Shown here: piece after piece, positions 25,520-35,357 of the stretch
Layout: the number at the start of each line of letters is the position of its first letter
Numbering within the stretch: position 1 is the first letter of the stretch
DNA from: Phyllobates terribilis
Taxonomy: Eukaryota
Assembly (NCBI RefSeq): GCF_046119375.1
Contig: NW_027362763.1
Span: forward strand, 694,710,001 to 694,774,000
DNA length: 64,000 bases
Direction of reading: 5' to 3'
The notes under the pieces: model-generated
Told to the model about the DNA's origin: nothing
The model's database searches: none
What the model saw: only the letters and a program-made list of their open reading frames with translations
Program-made: the position numbers and the translations under genes

Positions 25520-25917
25520 TTAAAATGGAGAAGAAACGTTCAGCTAAGCACTGCTCGTCTCCAAGACTCGAGACGGACTCTATAGTAAGTCTAAGGAGTC
25601 CGTCTTTTGCATCAGAGGAGAGCAGCGTTCGGCTGAGCACTTCAGCTCCTTCATCAATAAGAAGTCTCAGCCCCTGAACCTCATATAAAAACATGTAGCA
25701 TGCCTCTTTAATGTGTCAAAAATGGTTTAAAAAGTCCAGCTACACTTTACATCCATCCCAGCAGTGACCTTGTCTTCACCAGCTCTCGGATACGGCCCTC
25801 TATAGATAGGAGTATGGAACTTTATGCCAATAATTTTTTCTTCATGTCTGAATTTTTTTGCATTTATTAAATAGCACACAGTAAAGGCAATATGTTTTGT
25901 TCCAGGGGAGATATTAC

Positions 25918-26027
25918 CTATGACAGAAGTGAGTTTGGGGGGAGTTTTCTGCAGTGGAAACTTTACAAAGATGGATCGGCTGACGTGTTGCTGGTTGTAT
26001 TCTAATTCTGCTTCGGCCAGCGCTGTT
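25918..26027 (-). CDS. IARS2: IARS2 exon 6
   Basis: [24 protein letters not shown]; tag|A, G|gtaata. Confidence 0.95.
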
Positions 26028-26421
26028 CTAGAAAGTTGTGGAAAAAAAAAAGAAAAATGTGATCCATCAAATAAAAATACATTATAAAATATTAGAGATG
26101 AGCAACAAAGATTTGCAGAACCCTGGGTCAAAGTCAACGTGAAAGTCAACGTGAAAGTCAAGGGTGACCAGGATGGTAGCATTCGAGTGTCAACCGCGGG
26201 AGGTAGCAGGACCCAGAACCGATGTGGACGCTGGACCAGGGTGCAGCAAATCTTTTTGCCAATTTCGACCAAATAAAAGTAACAAATAATAAAAAAAAAT
26301 AATAATATTAGCGCCTCACAATTTTGTTTTAATCCAAAAACCTGGGGTGCGAATATAGTGTAGAATTTGCCCCCCCAAAAAAAGGGACAGCGCTGCACAC
26401 GGCAGGCATTATATTCCTTAC

Positions 26422-26471
26422 CTTGTTGATGGGGACCAAAACACGGGTCTGTAATCTCTGTATATGTGACC
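26422..26471 (-). CDS. IARS2: IARS2 exon 5
   Basis: [16 protein letters not shown]; cag|GGT, AG|gtaagg. Confidence 0.95.
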
Positions 26472-26860
26472 CTGTACAGAGAAAAACATAAAAATCAAAT
26501 ATTTAAGAACACTAACCCTTTAATTACCACCCATGTGCCCTTTTAGTGTGGGCCTTGCTTACACTGCAGTGTTTTTACAGCGCTGTAAAACAAGTCCTGT
26601 CTCATACCATACCACCCATGAGTGGCAGCTCAGCTGTCACGTGACAGCCCAGCTCCTGATTTAATGGCCAGGACTGGAAGGTCACCGTTTAACCCTTTGA
26701 TTGTCACAAAGGGTGACTGTGCAAAGAGGTTTCTCAAAAGATTGCTAACATATAAAATAAATATAAATAAATTTTAAAAAAAAAAACACGCAATCATTTG
26801 GTATAATTTTTTTTTTTCGGTGTAAAGATGGCAGTAATCTGGAGTCCACTGCGTCCTTAC

Positions 26861-27009
26861 TTTTTCGTGCATCTTAAAGAAAACATCGAGCTGCTTTGCC
26901 TCGTATTTCTTATCATACGTGTAATAACAGTTCTCCCAGTCGGCCATTACTCCCCAGCGAATGAAGGAGGACTTCTGCTTCTCAATGGCCTTTTCTGCAA
27001 ATGCCTTAG
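26861..27009 (-). CDS. IARS2: IARS2 exon 4
   Basis: [32 protein letters not shown]; cag|CT, AAA|gtaagg. Confidence 0.95.
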
Positions 27010-27235
27010 CTGGAGAGAAGCAGAGGAGAAGGTTTTTTCATTTTTTTTTTAATTATTCTAAACCCTTTAGTCTTTAGGATAGGTCATCAATAATAGATCA
27101 GTGGTGGCCTGACACCCAGCACCCACCGGATGTAAAACATAAGCACTATGGCCCATTCATTCTGAAGGCTGATGGTGGTCCCGGAAGTTATACCCCACCT
27201 TAGATCAAACTTTGAGGTCATATCCTAAGGATATA

Positions 27236-27456
27236 CAGTACAGACCAAAAGTTTGGACACACCTTCTCATTTAAAGATTTTTCTGTATTTTCTTGACTAT
27301 GAAAATTGTACATTCACACTGAAGGCATCAAAACTATGAATTATCACATGTGGAATTATATAGTTAACAAAAAAGTGTGAAACAACTGAAAATATGTCTT
27401 ATATTCTAGGTTCTTCAAAGTAGCCACCTTTTGCTTTGATGACTGCTTTGCGCACT
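27236..27456 (+). mobile_element. Isolated left TIR of the 36144-type Tc1 family
   Basis: TA|CAGTACAGACCAAAAG..., about 220 bp then abrupt truncation. Confidence 0.9.
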
Positions 27457-27742
27457 ATAAGTCTATGAGACTCAGAACAAGGTTCCATAGAATTACATTG
27501 AGAAAAGTGACTTTGGGTCCACACATAAACCCCGGTATCAGCCAGCGAGTCTGATTTTAGGTCACTTGAGACAGAAGAGGAATGGAGCGGTGTCGGAGAC
27601 CAGGGAAAATGGCGATCGGTAAGTATTTTAATACATCAACACATATATAATTAGAGCAGATTCTGGAATAAAAGTTTTACCCTTTAGGTCAGAGAAACAA
27701 ATCTGCTACCATGTGCCCCCCCCCCCCCCCCCCCCATCATAC

Positions 27743-27902
27743 CTTTGCTTCTTATCTCCAAAGGGGTGAGACCGTCAGATTGGTCTCCAATCTCCGCCAG
27801 GGCTCGGAGCTCTATTGGCAGTCCATGGCAATCCCACCCGGGTACGTAGCTCACTTTGTAGCCCCTCATCATTTGGAAACGATTTGTTATGTCCTTAAGT
27901 AT
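27743..27902 (-). CDS. IARS2: IARS2 exon 3
   Basis: ILKDITNRFQMMRGYKVSYVPGWDCHGLPIE; cag|ATA, G|gtatga. Confidence 0.96.
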
Positions 27903-28233
27903 CTGAATAACATCGGAGCGAATGAGAGAAGTGGAAAGCGATCAGAGTGTATATGACTTATCACCAAAAAGTAAAGGTTCACATATCCTAAACATCAACT
28001 ACTATTATTATATTAAGTCTAGAAAATCACAGAGGATACAACTGTAACACAATCTCAGCTGTGAAAAGCATTACGGTTAATAGGAGATATTCAGCCTCTG
28101 GGTGTAAACATGAAAGATCGCATTCACTGACAGCAAGCAGAGGCTTTGACATTTGTACATTACTAGATCTCTATAGAATGTAGCTTGTAATCAGATTAGT
28201 CAGGATGATTCTGATCGACACCGAACCACTTAC

Positions 28234-28356
28234 TTTATTTAGCGCATGGCCAACATGGGGGTCTCCATTGGCGTAGGGGGGGCCATCGTGTAGACTGAAT
28301 TCTTTTTTAGTTTTTCTTGCTTTTTGCCAATTATAAAGCTGCAGGAAGTTAGTCTC
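28234..28356 (-). CDS. IARS2: IARS2 exon 2
   Basis: [11 protein letters not shown]...[20 protein letters not shown]; tag|GAG, AAA|gtaagt. Confidence 0.96.
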
Positions 28357-28749
28357 CTATGAGAAAAATACATAAACGTATTATAATAGTACAAAGCGGG
28401 CATATAACATATGGCACCCAACTGTCCCTTTGCCCCTGAGATAGCACCCATCCTCAGAGCCCTGAGAGCACCTAAACCCAGCGGCTCTTGTGATCCCCAC
28501 CATTCCAGTGCCCCGAGAATCCCTTCTCCTCTAACATCTTCTTTCTACCCAGGGCCCCCTATGTTCCCTGCCAATCCCAGTACCCCCCGAGCCCCCCATC
28601 CCAGTCCCTGTACATCCCATGATCTTCTCTGTCCCAGTGCCCCGAGATTCCAAGTTTGCTCTAACATCTCCACAGTCTCAATGCCCCAATACTTTCCCTG
28701 TTTCCTGCCCCCTACCGTCAGTCCTGTGTTCATGACCATGAGCCCCGTG

Positions 28750-29370
28750 CTCCTTGCCCCCTACAGCCAGTGCCATGCCCACCACTGGCAGCCCAGTTCT
28801 ACTTGCCTTCTACCGTCAGTCCCATGCCCACCACCGTCTGTCCTGTGCCTATCAGATAGCCCTGCGCTCCATGCCCCATACTGTCTGTCCTGTGCCCACC
28901 ATCATCATCATCCAGAGCTCCCTGCCCCCTACTGTCTGTCCTGTGCCCGCCATCGTCATCCCGGTGCTCCATACCCTCTACTGTCTGTCCTGTGCCCACC
29001 ATCGTCATTCCGAGGCTCCATGCCCCCTACTGTCTGTCCTGTGCCCGCCACCGTCAGTCCGGTACTCCCTGGCCCCTACAGTCAGTCCCGTGCCCTCCAC
29101 CGTCATCCCGGTGCTCCCTGGCCCCTACAGTCAGTCCCGTGCCCTCCACAGTCATCCCGGTGCTCCCTGCCCCCTACTGTCTGTCCCGTGCACTCCAAGC
29201 CCCCTACTGTCAGTCCCATGCCCTCCACCTTCATCCCAGTACTCCCTGCCCCCTACCGTCAGTCCTGTGCCGACCACCATCAGTCCGGTGCTCCCTGCAC
29301 CCGAGCGTCCGTCCAGTGCCCACAACCGAAGCTCCCATACTTCTGCCCCCTACTGTCAGCCCTGTGCCCT
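28750..29370. repeat. Degenerate minisatellite of about 49 bp in IARS2 intron 1
   Basis: Recurring CCCCTACTGTCTGTCCTGTGCCCACCATCGTCATCCCGGTGCTCC at about 49-nt spacing. Confidence 0.8.
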
Positions 29371-29468
29371 CCTGCCTTTGTCCCTATCCTTATGGGACGA
29401 CCCATTGGTGCCGTGCCCCCTGTCCTCACCACTGCCGCAGTCTCCCGTCACGGTGCCCCTCTCCCTAC

Positions 29469-29666
29469 CTCCTGCAGGCGCAGCTCGGTGCTGACTGTGT
29501 CCTCTGGGCTCCGGCGTATGGGGAAGTCGGTGTGAGGCAGCAGCACGGAGTCTCGGTACTTGCTCTTCTGCCCGGGGCTGTCATTGCTGCTGCTCAGCCC
29601 AGAGGCGGCTCTCCCCTTCCACAGACCCCGAGGACGGGGCAGCCGGCGGCGGAGAGCGGTCAACAT
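29469..29666 (-). CDS. IARS2: IARS2 coding exon 1 (presequence)
   Basis: ATG at 29666; MLTALRRRLPRPRG...YRDSVLLPHTDFP...LRLQE; donor GAG|GTAGGG; CpG-rich. Confidence 0.9.
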
Positions 29667-29905
29667 GTTCCTGACAGAAGCTACGGCGAGCTGAGAGGGT
29701 ACGGGGACGGTGGCCGCCGAGGACCAAACCTCCCGCTACGCGTTCTGTCACTGAGAGCGTCCGTGTGCGGGGGAGATCGTGCGTGTGGTGTGGATGTATT
29801 ATACTGCCGATATGTGGTGATATCTATCTATCTATTTATTTATCTATCTAAACATAAACATATTTAATATAAAGGTCCAATTTACCAGAATATAAAGTTA
29901 ATTAA

Positions 29906-30385
29906 CCCTTTAGGTAAACGTCTCAAAATAAATTAAAACGCTAAAGCTGCCAAGTTAAAAATGGCGACACGAAGCAAAATTAGTTCATTCAAATTTGTTT
30001 TTTGTGTAACAAAACTAAAATAATAATAATATAAAAAAAAACTGTACAAGTTGGATCCGGCCGTAATGGTATGGACCTGGAGAATCGCGTTACCGGGTCG
30101 TATTTACCGCACAATGAATGTCGAAAAAAAATCTGAAAAATTGAGTTATTGCATTTATTTATTTATTTATGTATTTTACCATTTTGCCGCACTTGGGAAT
30201 TGTTTTTCTTTATTTTTAATACATGATATGGTAAAATGAACCGTGTTGCTCCAAACTACAACAACAATAAAAAAATATAAAAAATCATGGATGAAAGAAA
30301 TAAAAGAAAAAAGATGTGGAGGAAGAAAAAAAAACTCCAAAACAGAAAAGTGCAAACAATAAAAATTGTCCCGATCCCGAAAGGG
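29906..30385. mobile_element. piggyBac-like non-autonomous element
   Basis: TTAA|CCCTT ... AAGGG|TTAA. Confidence 0.6.
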
Positions 30386-30413
30386 TTAATTCTGTAATGA
30401 TTTATCATTTATA

Positions 30414-30607
30414 GGCCACGTTCACACCCTCAGTATTTGGTCAGTATTTTACATCAGTATCTGTAAGCCAAAATCAGGTATGAAACAATCAGAGGAAAAG
30501 TAAAATAGAAACACGTCACCACTTCTGCATTTTTCACCCAATCCTGGTTTTGGGTTACGAATACTGATGTAAAATACTGACCAAATACTGTCCGTGTGAA
30601 CGTGGTC
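30414..30607. mobile_element. Palindromic Harbinger-like MITE
   Basis: GGCCACGTTCACAC ... GTGTGAACGTGGTC, arms complementary over about 70 bp, 3-bp AT-rich flanks. Confidence 0.75.
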
Positions 30608-30689
30608 TAATGATAATATGATTATATCGGTGTGTGGGATTTACAGCGCGGACGAATGTGAGTCAGCAAATCTGGTATCTCTAGGACCC

Positions 30690-30795
30690 AGGAGGAGCGC
30701 TGCTGACATAGGAAGTACATAGAGCTGGGGTGCGATGTTCTGCAGACCTCTGCACTTACTGACAGTCACTGCGCTCTGCAGCGGCCGCCGTGCAG
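30690..30795 (+). other. BPNT1: Probable non-coding exon 1 of BPNT1
   Basis: CpG-rich segment ending in consensus donor CAG|GTAAGT (30796); next exon has acceptor at 33391-33392 and 8 nt of UTR before the ATG; start is approximate. Confidence 0.7.
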
Positions 30796-32300
30796 GTAAG
30801 TGGCTCCTTATGGGGGATATACGGTGTCAGTGTTTTATAATGTTACAGGTTCTGGACAGAATAGAGACAGATACACGACATGGGGGAAATATCGGACAGG
30901 AGCTGTTATATCTGCAGAGGGGCGACTCTATATTAATGTCTATGGATGTAGATTGGGAGGCCAGAAAACTTTCTGTAGTGTAATGTGGAGGGGGGCACAT
31001 ACTTTTTTTCCTTATAGTGTGAAAATTAAAGGGTGGTGGCTGCTTTAAAAATGTTCTGTAGGTAACAAAAGATGAATTCTATGAGCTAGATAAAGGGGTC
31101 TGCAGTTCTCACTAATGCCCCTCTGGAGATCTCTGGAGCTCAGGGTCTCTGGCACGGATTTCGGTGGGTCCTGAGCCGTACTTGTGATTGTGATAGGAGA
31201 CTTCTATGTTCCCTGATTGCTGCCGTCCCTTCTCTCGGGGATGGTGGTCTCGGATCACAGAAACCCACCTTTACCTTCCGACTTGTTTGAATGAGTTATA
31301 CAAAGCAGAAAACCTCTTTTAGCCACTTCATTCTTGTGTGTTTTTTTTTTTTTGTTTTAATGGTTAATTACATGACTTCTCCACAGGATGGGTACAACCG
31401 CTCCTAAGAACCAAGCCAGACCTGTGCCCTTAGGAATGCTCTGCTCAATGATCATTATGGGTCTAGGGTAGTGGTGGTCCGCTTGGCATGTGCACTACAG
31501 CTCCTGTAGATAGTGAGGGTCATCATTTACACAGGACCTTCCTTCTCAGGATTGGTGGGGTGTCAGTAGTTGGACCCCAACTGATCTTCTTGTGAATAGG
31601 TGATAAAGTGTTATAGACTTTTATGGAATGGGTCCAACTTCTGAGATCCCCATGTTTCTCCAGAACGGATGTTCCTGACCCCAATCTCACCCGGTACGGC
31701 AACCTGCGGCTACTGTACCCCAGTCTGAAACGAGTGTAGACATGACCTCATGGGTAGTGTTCTAGTATTCTCCATGGGAGATAGCCAGAAAGCGGATCCC
31801 TCTTCTGGGACCTGTACTTATCCTGTAGATATTCCATAAATGTCTATGATGGGAAAGTCTCTCTAAGGCCTCGTTCAGACCTGTATGAATCGCTGGCTTG
31901 TTAAACTTTATGGAGCTGTTCACACGTCCGTGTTTTTTTGCGGATTGTGGGGCTGATACATCAAAGTGTTTACTCCAGAAAATTGACACTTTTGAAAAGT
32001 CACAATTTTTGTACAAAAAGTTTGTGACATTTTTTTGGCGTTTTTACACCAATCCTAGCCAGCTCAGTGAGCAGAACATGGACAAGGGGCATTGAAATGC
32101 ATGCCCATCTAATTCATGACGAGCCATGGAGTATTTTGTGCCACAAGTCTTACTTCAGTCCTTGACCGGAGTAAGATTTTTGGTAAGGTGCGCACCACTT
32201 GTAAGGTGTGCCTGATTCATTAAGTGGCCTGCACCTCTTACTCCACTGTAACCCTCCATTAAGACTGGCATGTCCAACACAAGTCTAAATGAATCGAGGT

Positions 32301-32568
32301 TAGAGATGAGCGAACCCGAACTTATAAGTCCGGGGTTCGTACCAAATAGTTAGTGTCCGGTGCTAAACTCCGAACAATGACTTCTCCTGGAATTCCGTTT
32401 TATTATTCGGAATTCCGGGAGGAGAGAAAGATTTTTTTCCTGCACCAAAGTTCGGGTCCCTGTTGATTTCAATGGGGTTTGGGTACAGTTCTGGTCCCCG
32501 AACTGAACTTTGAACTAAAGTTCGGTCAGGTACCAGAACCCGAACTACCACGGGTCCGCTCATCCCTA
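32301..32568. mobile_element. hAT-type MITE
   Basis: TAGAGATGAGCGAACC ... GGTCCGCTCATCCCTA; 8-bp TSD ATCGAGGT/ATCGGGGT. Confidence 0.8.
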
Positions 32569-33400
32569 ATCGGGGTCAGAGTTTCTGCAAATACAAAAAT
32601 GAGAGACGTCCGTTTTTGATCTGAGTCACGGAAAAAAAAAAAAATCACCCATGTGAGTCTTATGGGTCCAAGAAAATCACGGACAGCACCCAGGTGCCAT
32701 CAATGGGGTCTGTAAAAATACATTTTTAAAAAAATGGTACGCCCCTTTTGTCGCCCTCCTGCATCCCGCGCAGTCCGTTCTGCATTTGGATGATATGTCC
32801 CATTTCTTAAGACTTCTTATTTCCTTTGTGCACTGAGCCTCCATTGCACAATCCATGACTCAGGTTCTCCTATAAATGGGAGTAAAGGTGACGGCAAACA
32901 ATGAAGATTACAGTCCAGGAGTCAATAACCTTCAGGTCTCTGTAGTTAAGGCTGGGTTCACATTGGGCGAGCCGGAGGGATCGTATTATGGGTGATCGGA
33001 GGAAGTATTTGACCAGGGGTCGGAGATATTCCCAATGTTTCTTATTTCCCTACAAACAAAACGCCATGCGAATGTTTGAACTGTTCATATCACCAATTCG
33101 GTGTCCTCCGCCCAGGACAGAAAAGCTGCTGACCATCCATCTGATTAGCTTCCATGGAGGAAGCCACAGCTTTCCCTCATGACTCATTACCAGTGCCAGG
33201 CGATAGCTCCCTATTACCAGTGCCCCATAAAGAACTTCTACCATCTATTCACAGGATAGTGTCTTATCGCTGACAATCCAACTGCTGTGACCCCCGTCCT
33301 CCTCACTTACGTTGTCTGTACATACTGCCGAAATCTGTGTTTATTACTATTATGGTCCTTATTAATAATTTTCTTTACATGCCCTCTGCCAGCGTTCACA

Positions 33401-33520
33401 ATGTCTTCAGCCCCATTATTGCTAGCGAGGTTGGTGGCCGCAGCGCACTCTGTGGCCGAAAAAGCCGGGATAATCGTCAGAAATGTCATGAGCGGCGGAG
33501 ATCTCGGCATAGTCGAAAAG
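33401..33520 (+). CDS. BPNT1: BPNT1 first coding exon
   Basis: [23 protein letters not shown]...GDLGIVEK; AAG|gtaaat. Confidence 0.95.
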
Positions 33521-33600
33521 GTAAATGTAAAAACTCATAATAAAGTATCTTCTATTATATCCCTGTAATCATAAATGAATGTACTCACTGGATAAATAAT

Positions 33601-34712
33601 GCAGCAGAATAGTGAGTGCAGCTCTGGAGTATAATACAGGATGTAACTCAGGATCAGTAATGTAATGTATGTACACAGTGACTGCACCAGCAGAATAGTG
33701 AGTGCAGCTCTGGAGTATAATACAGGATGTAACTCAGGATCAGTAATGTAATGTATGTACACAGTGACTGCACCAGCTGAATAGTGAGTGCAGCTCTGGT
33801 GTATAATACAGGAGGTAACTCAGGATCAGTAATGTAATGTATGTACACAGTGACTGCACCAGCTGAATAGTGAGTGCAGCTCTGGAGTATAATACAGGAT
33901 GTAACTCAGGATCAGTAATGTAATGTATGTACACAGTGACTGCACCAGCTGAATAGTGAGTGCAGCTCTGGAGTATAATACAGGATGTAACTCAGGATCA
34001 GTAATGTAATGTATGTACACAGTGACTGCACCAGCTGAATAGTGAGTGCAGCTCTGGTGTATAATACAGGAGGTAACTCCGGATCAGTAATGTAATGTAT
34101 GTGCACAGTGACTGCACCAGCAGAATAGTGAGTGCAGCTCTGGAGTATAATACAGGATGTAACTCAGGATCAGTACAGGATCAGTAATGTAATGTATGTA
34201 CACAGTGACTGTACCAGCTGAATAGTGAGTGCAGCTCTGGAGTATAATACAGGATGTAACTCAGGATCAGAAATATAATGTATGTACACAGTGACTGTAC
34301 CAGCAGAATAGTGAGTGCAGCTCTGGAGTATAATACAGGAGGTAACTCCGGATCAGTAATGTAATGTATGTACACAGTGACTGCACCAGCAGAATAGTGA
34401 GTGCAGCTCTGGAGTATAATACAGGATGTAACTCAGGATCAGTACAGGATAAGTAATGTAATGTATGTACACAGTGACTGCACCAGCAGAATGGTGAGTG
34501 CAGCTCTGGGGTATAATACAGGATGTAACTCAGGATCAGCACAGGATAAGTAATGTAATGTATGTACACAGTGCCTGCACCAGCAGAATAGTGAGTGCAG
34601 CTCTGGGGTATAATACAGGGTGTAACTCAGGATCAGTAATGTAATGTATGTACACAGTGACTGCACCAGCAGAATAGTGAGCGCAGCTCTGGAGTATAAT
34701 TCGGGATGAGTA
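33601..34712. repeat. 86-bp tandem array (about 12-13 units) in the intron after the first BPNT1 coding exon
   Basis: Unit GCAGAATAGTGAGTGCAGCTCTGGAGTATAATACAGGATGTAACTCAGGATCAGTAATGTAATGTATGTACACAGTGACTGCACCA; ORF track repeats every 86 nt. Confidence 0.95.
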
Positions 34713-34784
34713 ACATTTATCCTTATGATACTGGGGATCTAACAAGATATCTCTTGAATGTAATCTATTATCTCTGTGTTGCAG

Positions 34785-34889
34785 ACCGGTGCTAATGACC
34801 TGCAGACGGCAGCTGATCGGTTGGTACAGCAAAGTATCTGCGCCTCTCTAGCAAGAAAGTTTCCCCTGTTAACCATCATCGGAGAGGAG
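34785..34889 (+). CDS. BPNT1: BPNT1 coding exon 2
   Basis: [35 protein letters not shown]. Confidence 0.96.
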
Positions 34890-35132
34890 GTGAGGTCACT
34901 GGCCTGATAATTATTACACACACGAGGCTGATTCCCTTTTGTAGATTTCAATTCTCCATTCAGAGAAGCCAATGATTCACTTAGAAATTGGTAAAATTGA
35001 CAGATAACATGTTAAAACTTGGTGTCAGACTTAGAGTAGTGTCGAGATCAACAGGAAGCTGTAAGACTTAATAGCCATCCTATAGGTATATACGTGTGTG
35101 TGTGTTTTCATTGCTTTCTTCTTGCTGCCCAG

Positions 35133-35240
35133 GATTTGCCCTCTGAAGAAGTATCCGAGGATCTGATCCAGACCGGACAGTCAGAAGAAATACTGAACGT
35201 CACTTTCCCATCACAGTACAACAGCATCAAAGAAGAAGAG
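35133..35240 (+). CDS. BPNT1: BPNT1 coding exon 3
   Basis: DLPSEEVSEDLIQ...PSQYNSIKEEE. Confidence 0.95.
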
Positions 35241-35357
35241 GTGACCTCTAATTATCGCCTATATATAATTCTATATGTCCTAATTATTTGTAGGGAAGCT
35301 TGGTGCCAGTCAATATACCAACTATTACATCTTCCCAGCTTTCCTAGTTATTTGGCT

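Larger units (their letters stand above)
209..29666 (-). other. IARS2: IARS2 gene span (mitochondrial isoleucyl-tRNA synthetase), coding exons 1-12; gene continues beyond the left edge
   Basis: Twelve GT-AG exons (198,123,160,149,50,110,91,116,170,91,152,161 nt) join in one frame. Class I motifs [13 protein letters not shown] (HIGH), [27 protein letters not shown] and [14 protein letters not shown]; Arg-rich, acid-free N-terminus typical of a mitochondrial presequence. Confidence 0.97.
29667..30689. promoter_or_regulatory. Divergent (head-to-head) IARS2/BPNT1 promoter interval
   Basis: About 1 kb between the IARS2 ATG and BPNT1 exon 1, CpG-rich at both ends. Confidence 0.65.

Noticed and set aside
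28411-29867. Pro/Cys-rich ORFs of 246-374 aa
   Set aside because: Products of the 49-bp repeat and the GC-rich antisense strand of IARS2 exon 1.
33601-34712. CRISPR-like regular array (also the 34-bp array at 56535)
   Set aside because: Units are contiguous with no unique spacers, there are no cas genes, and the context is a vertebrate intron.
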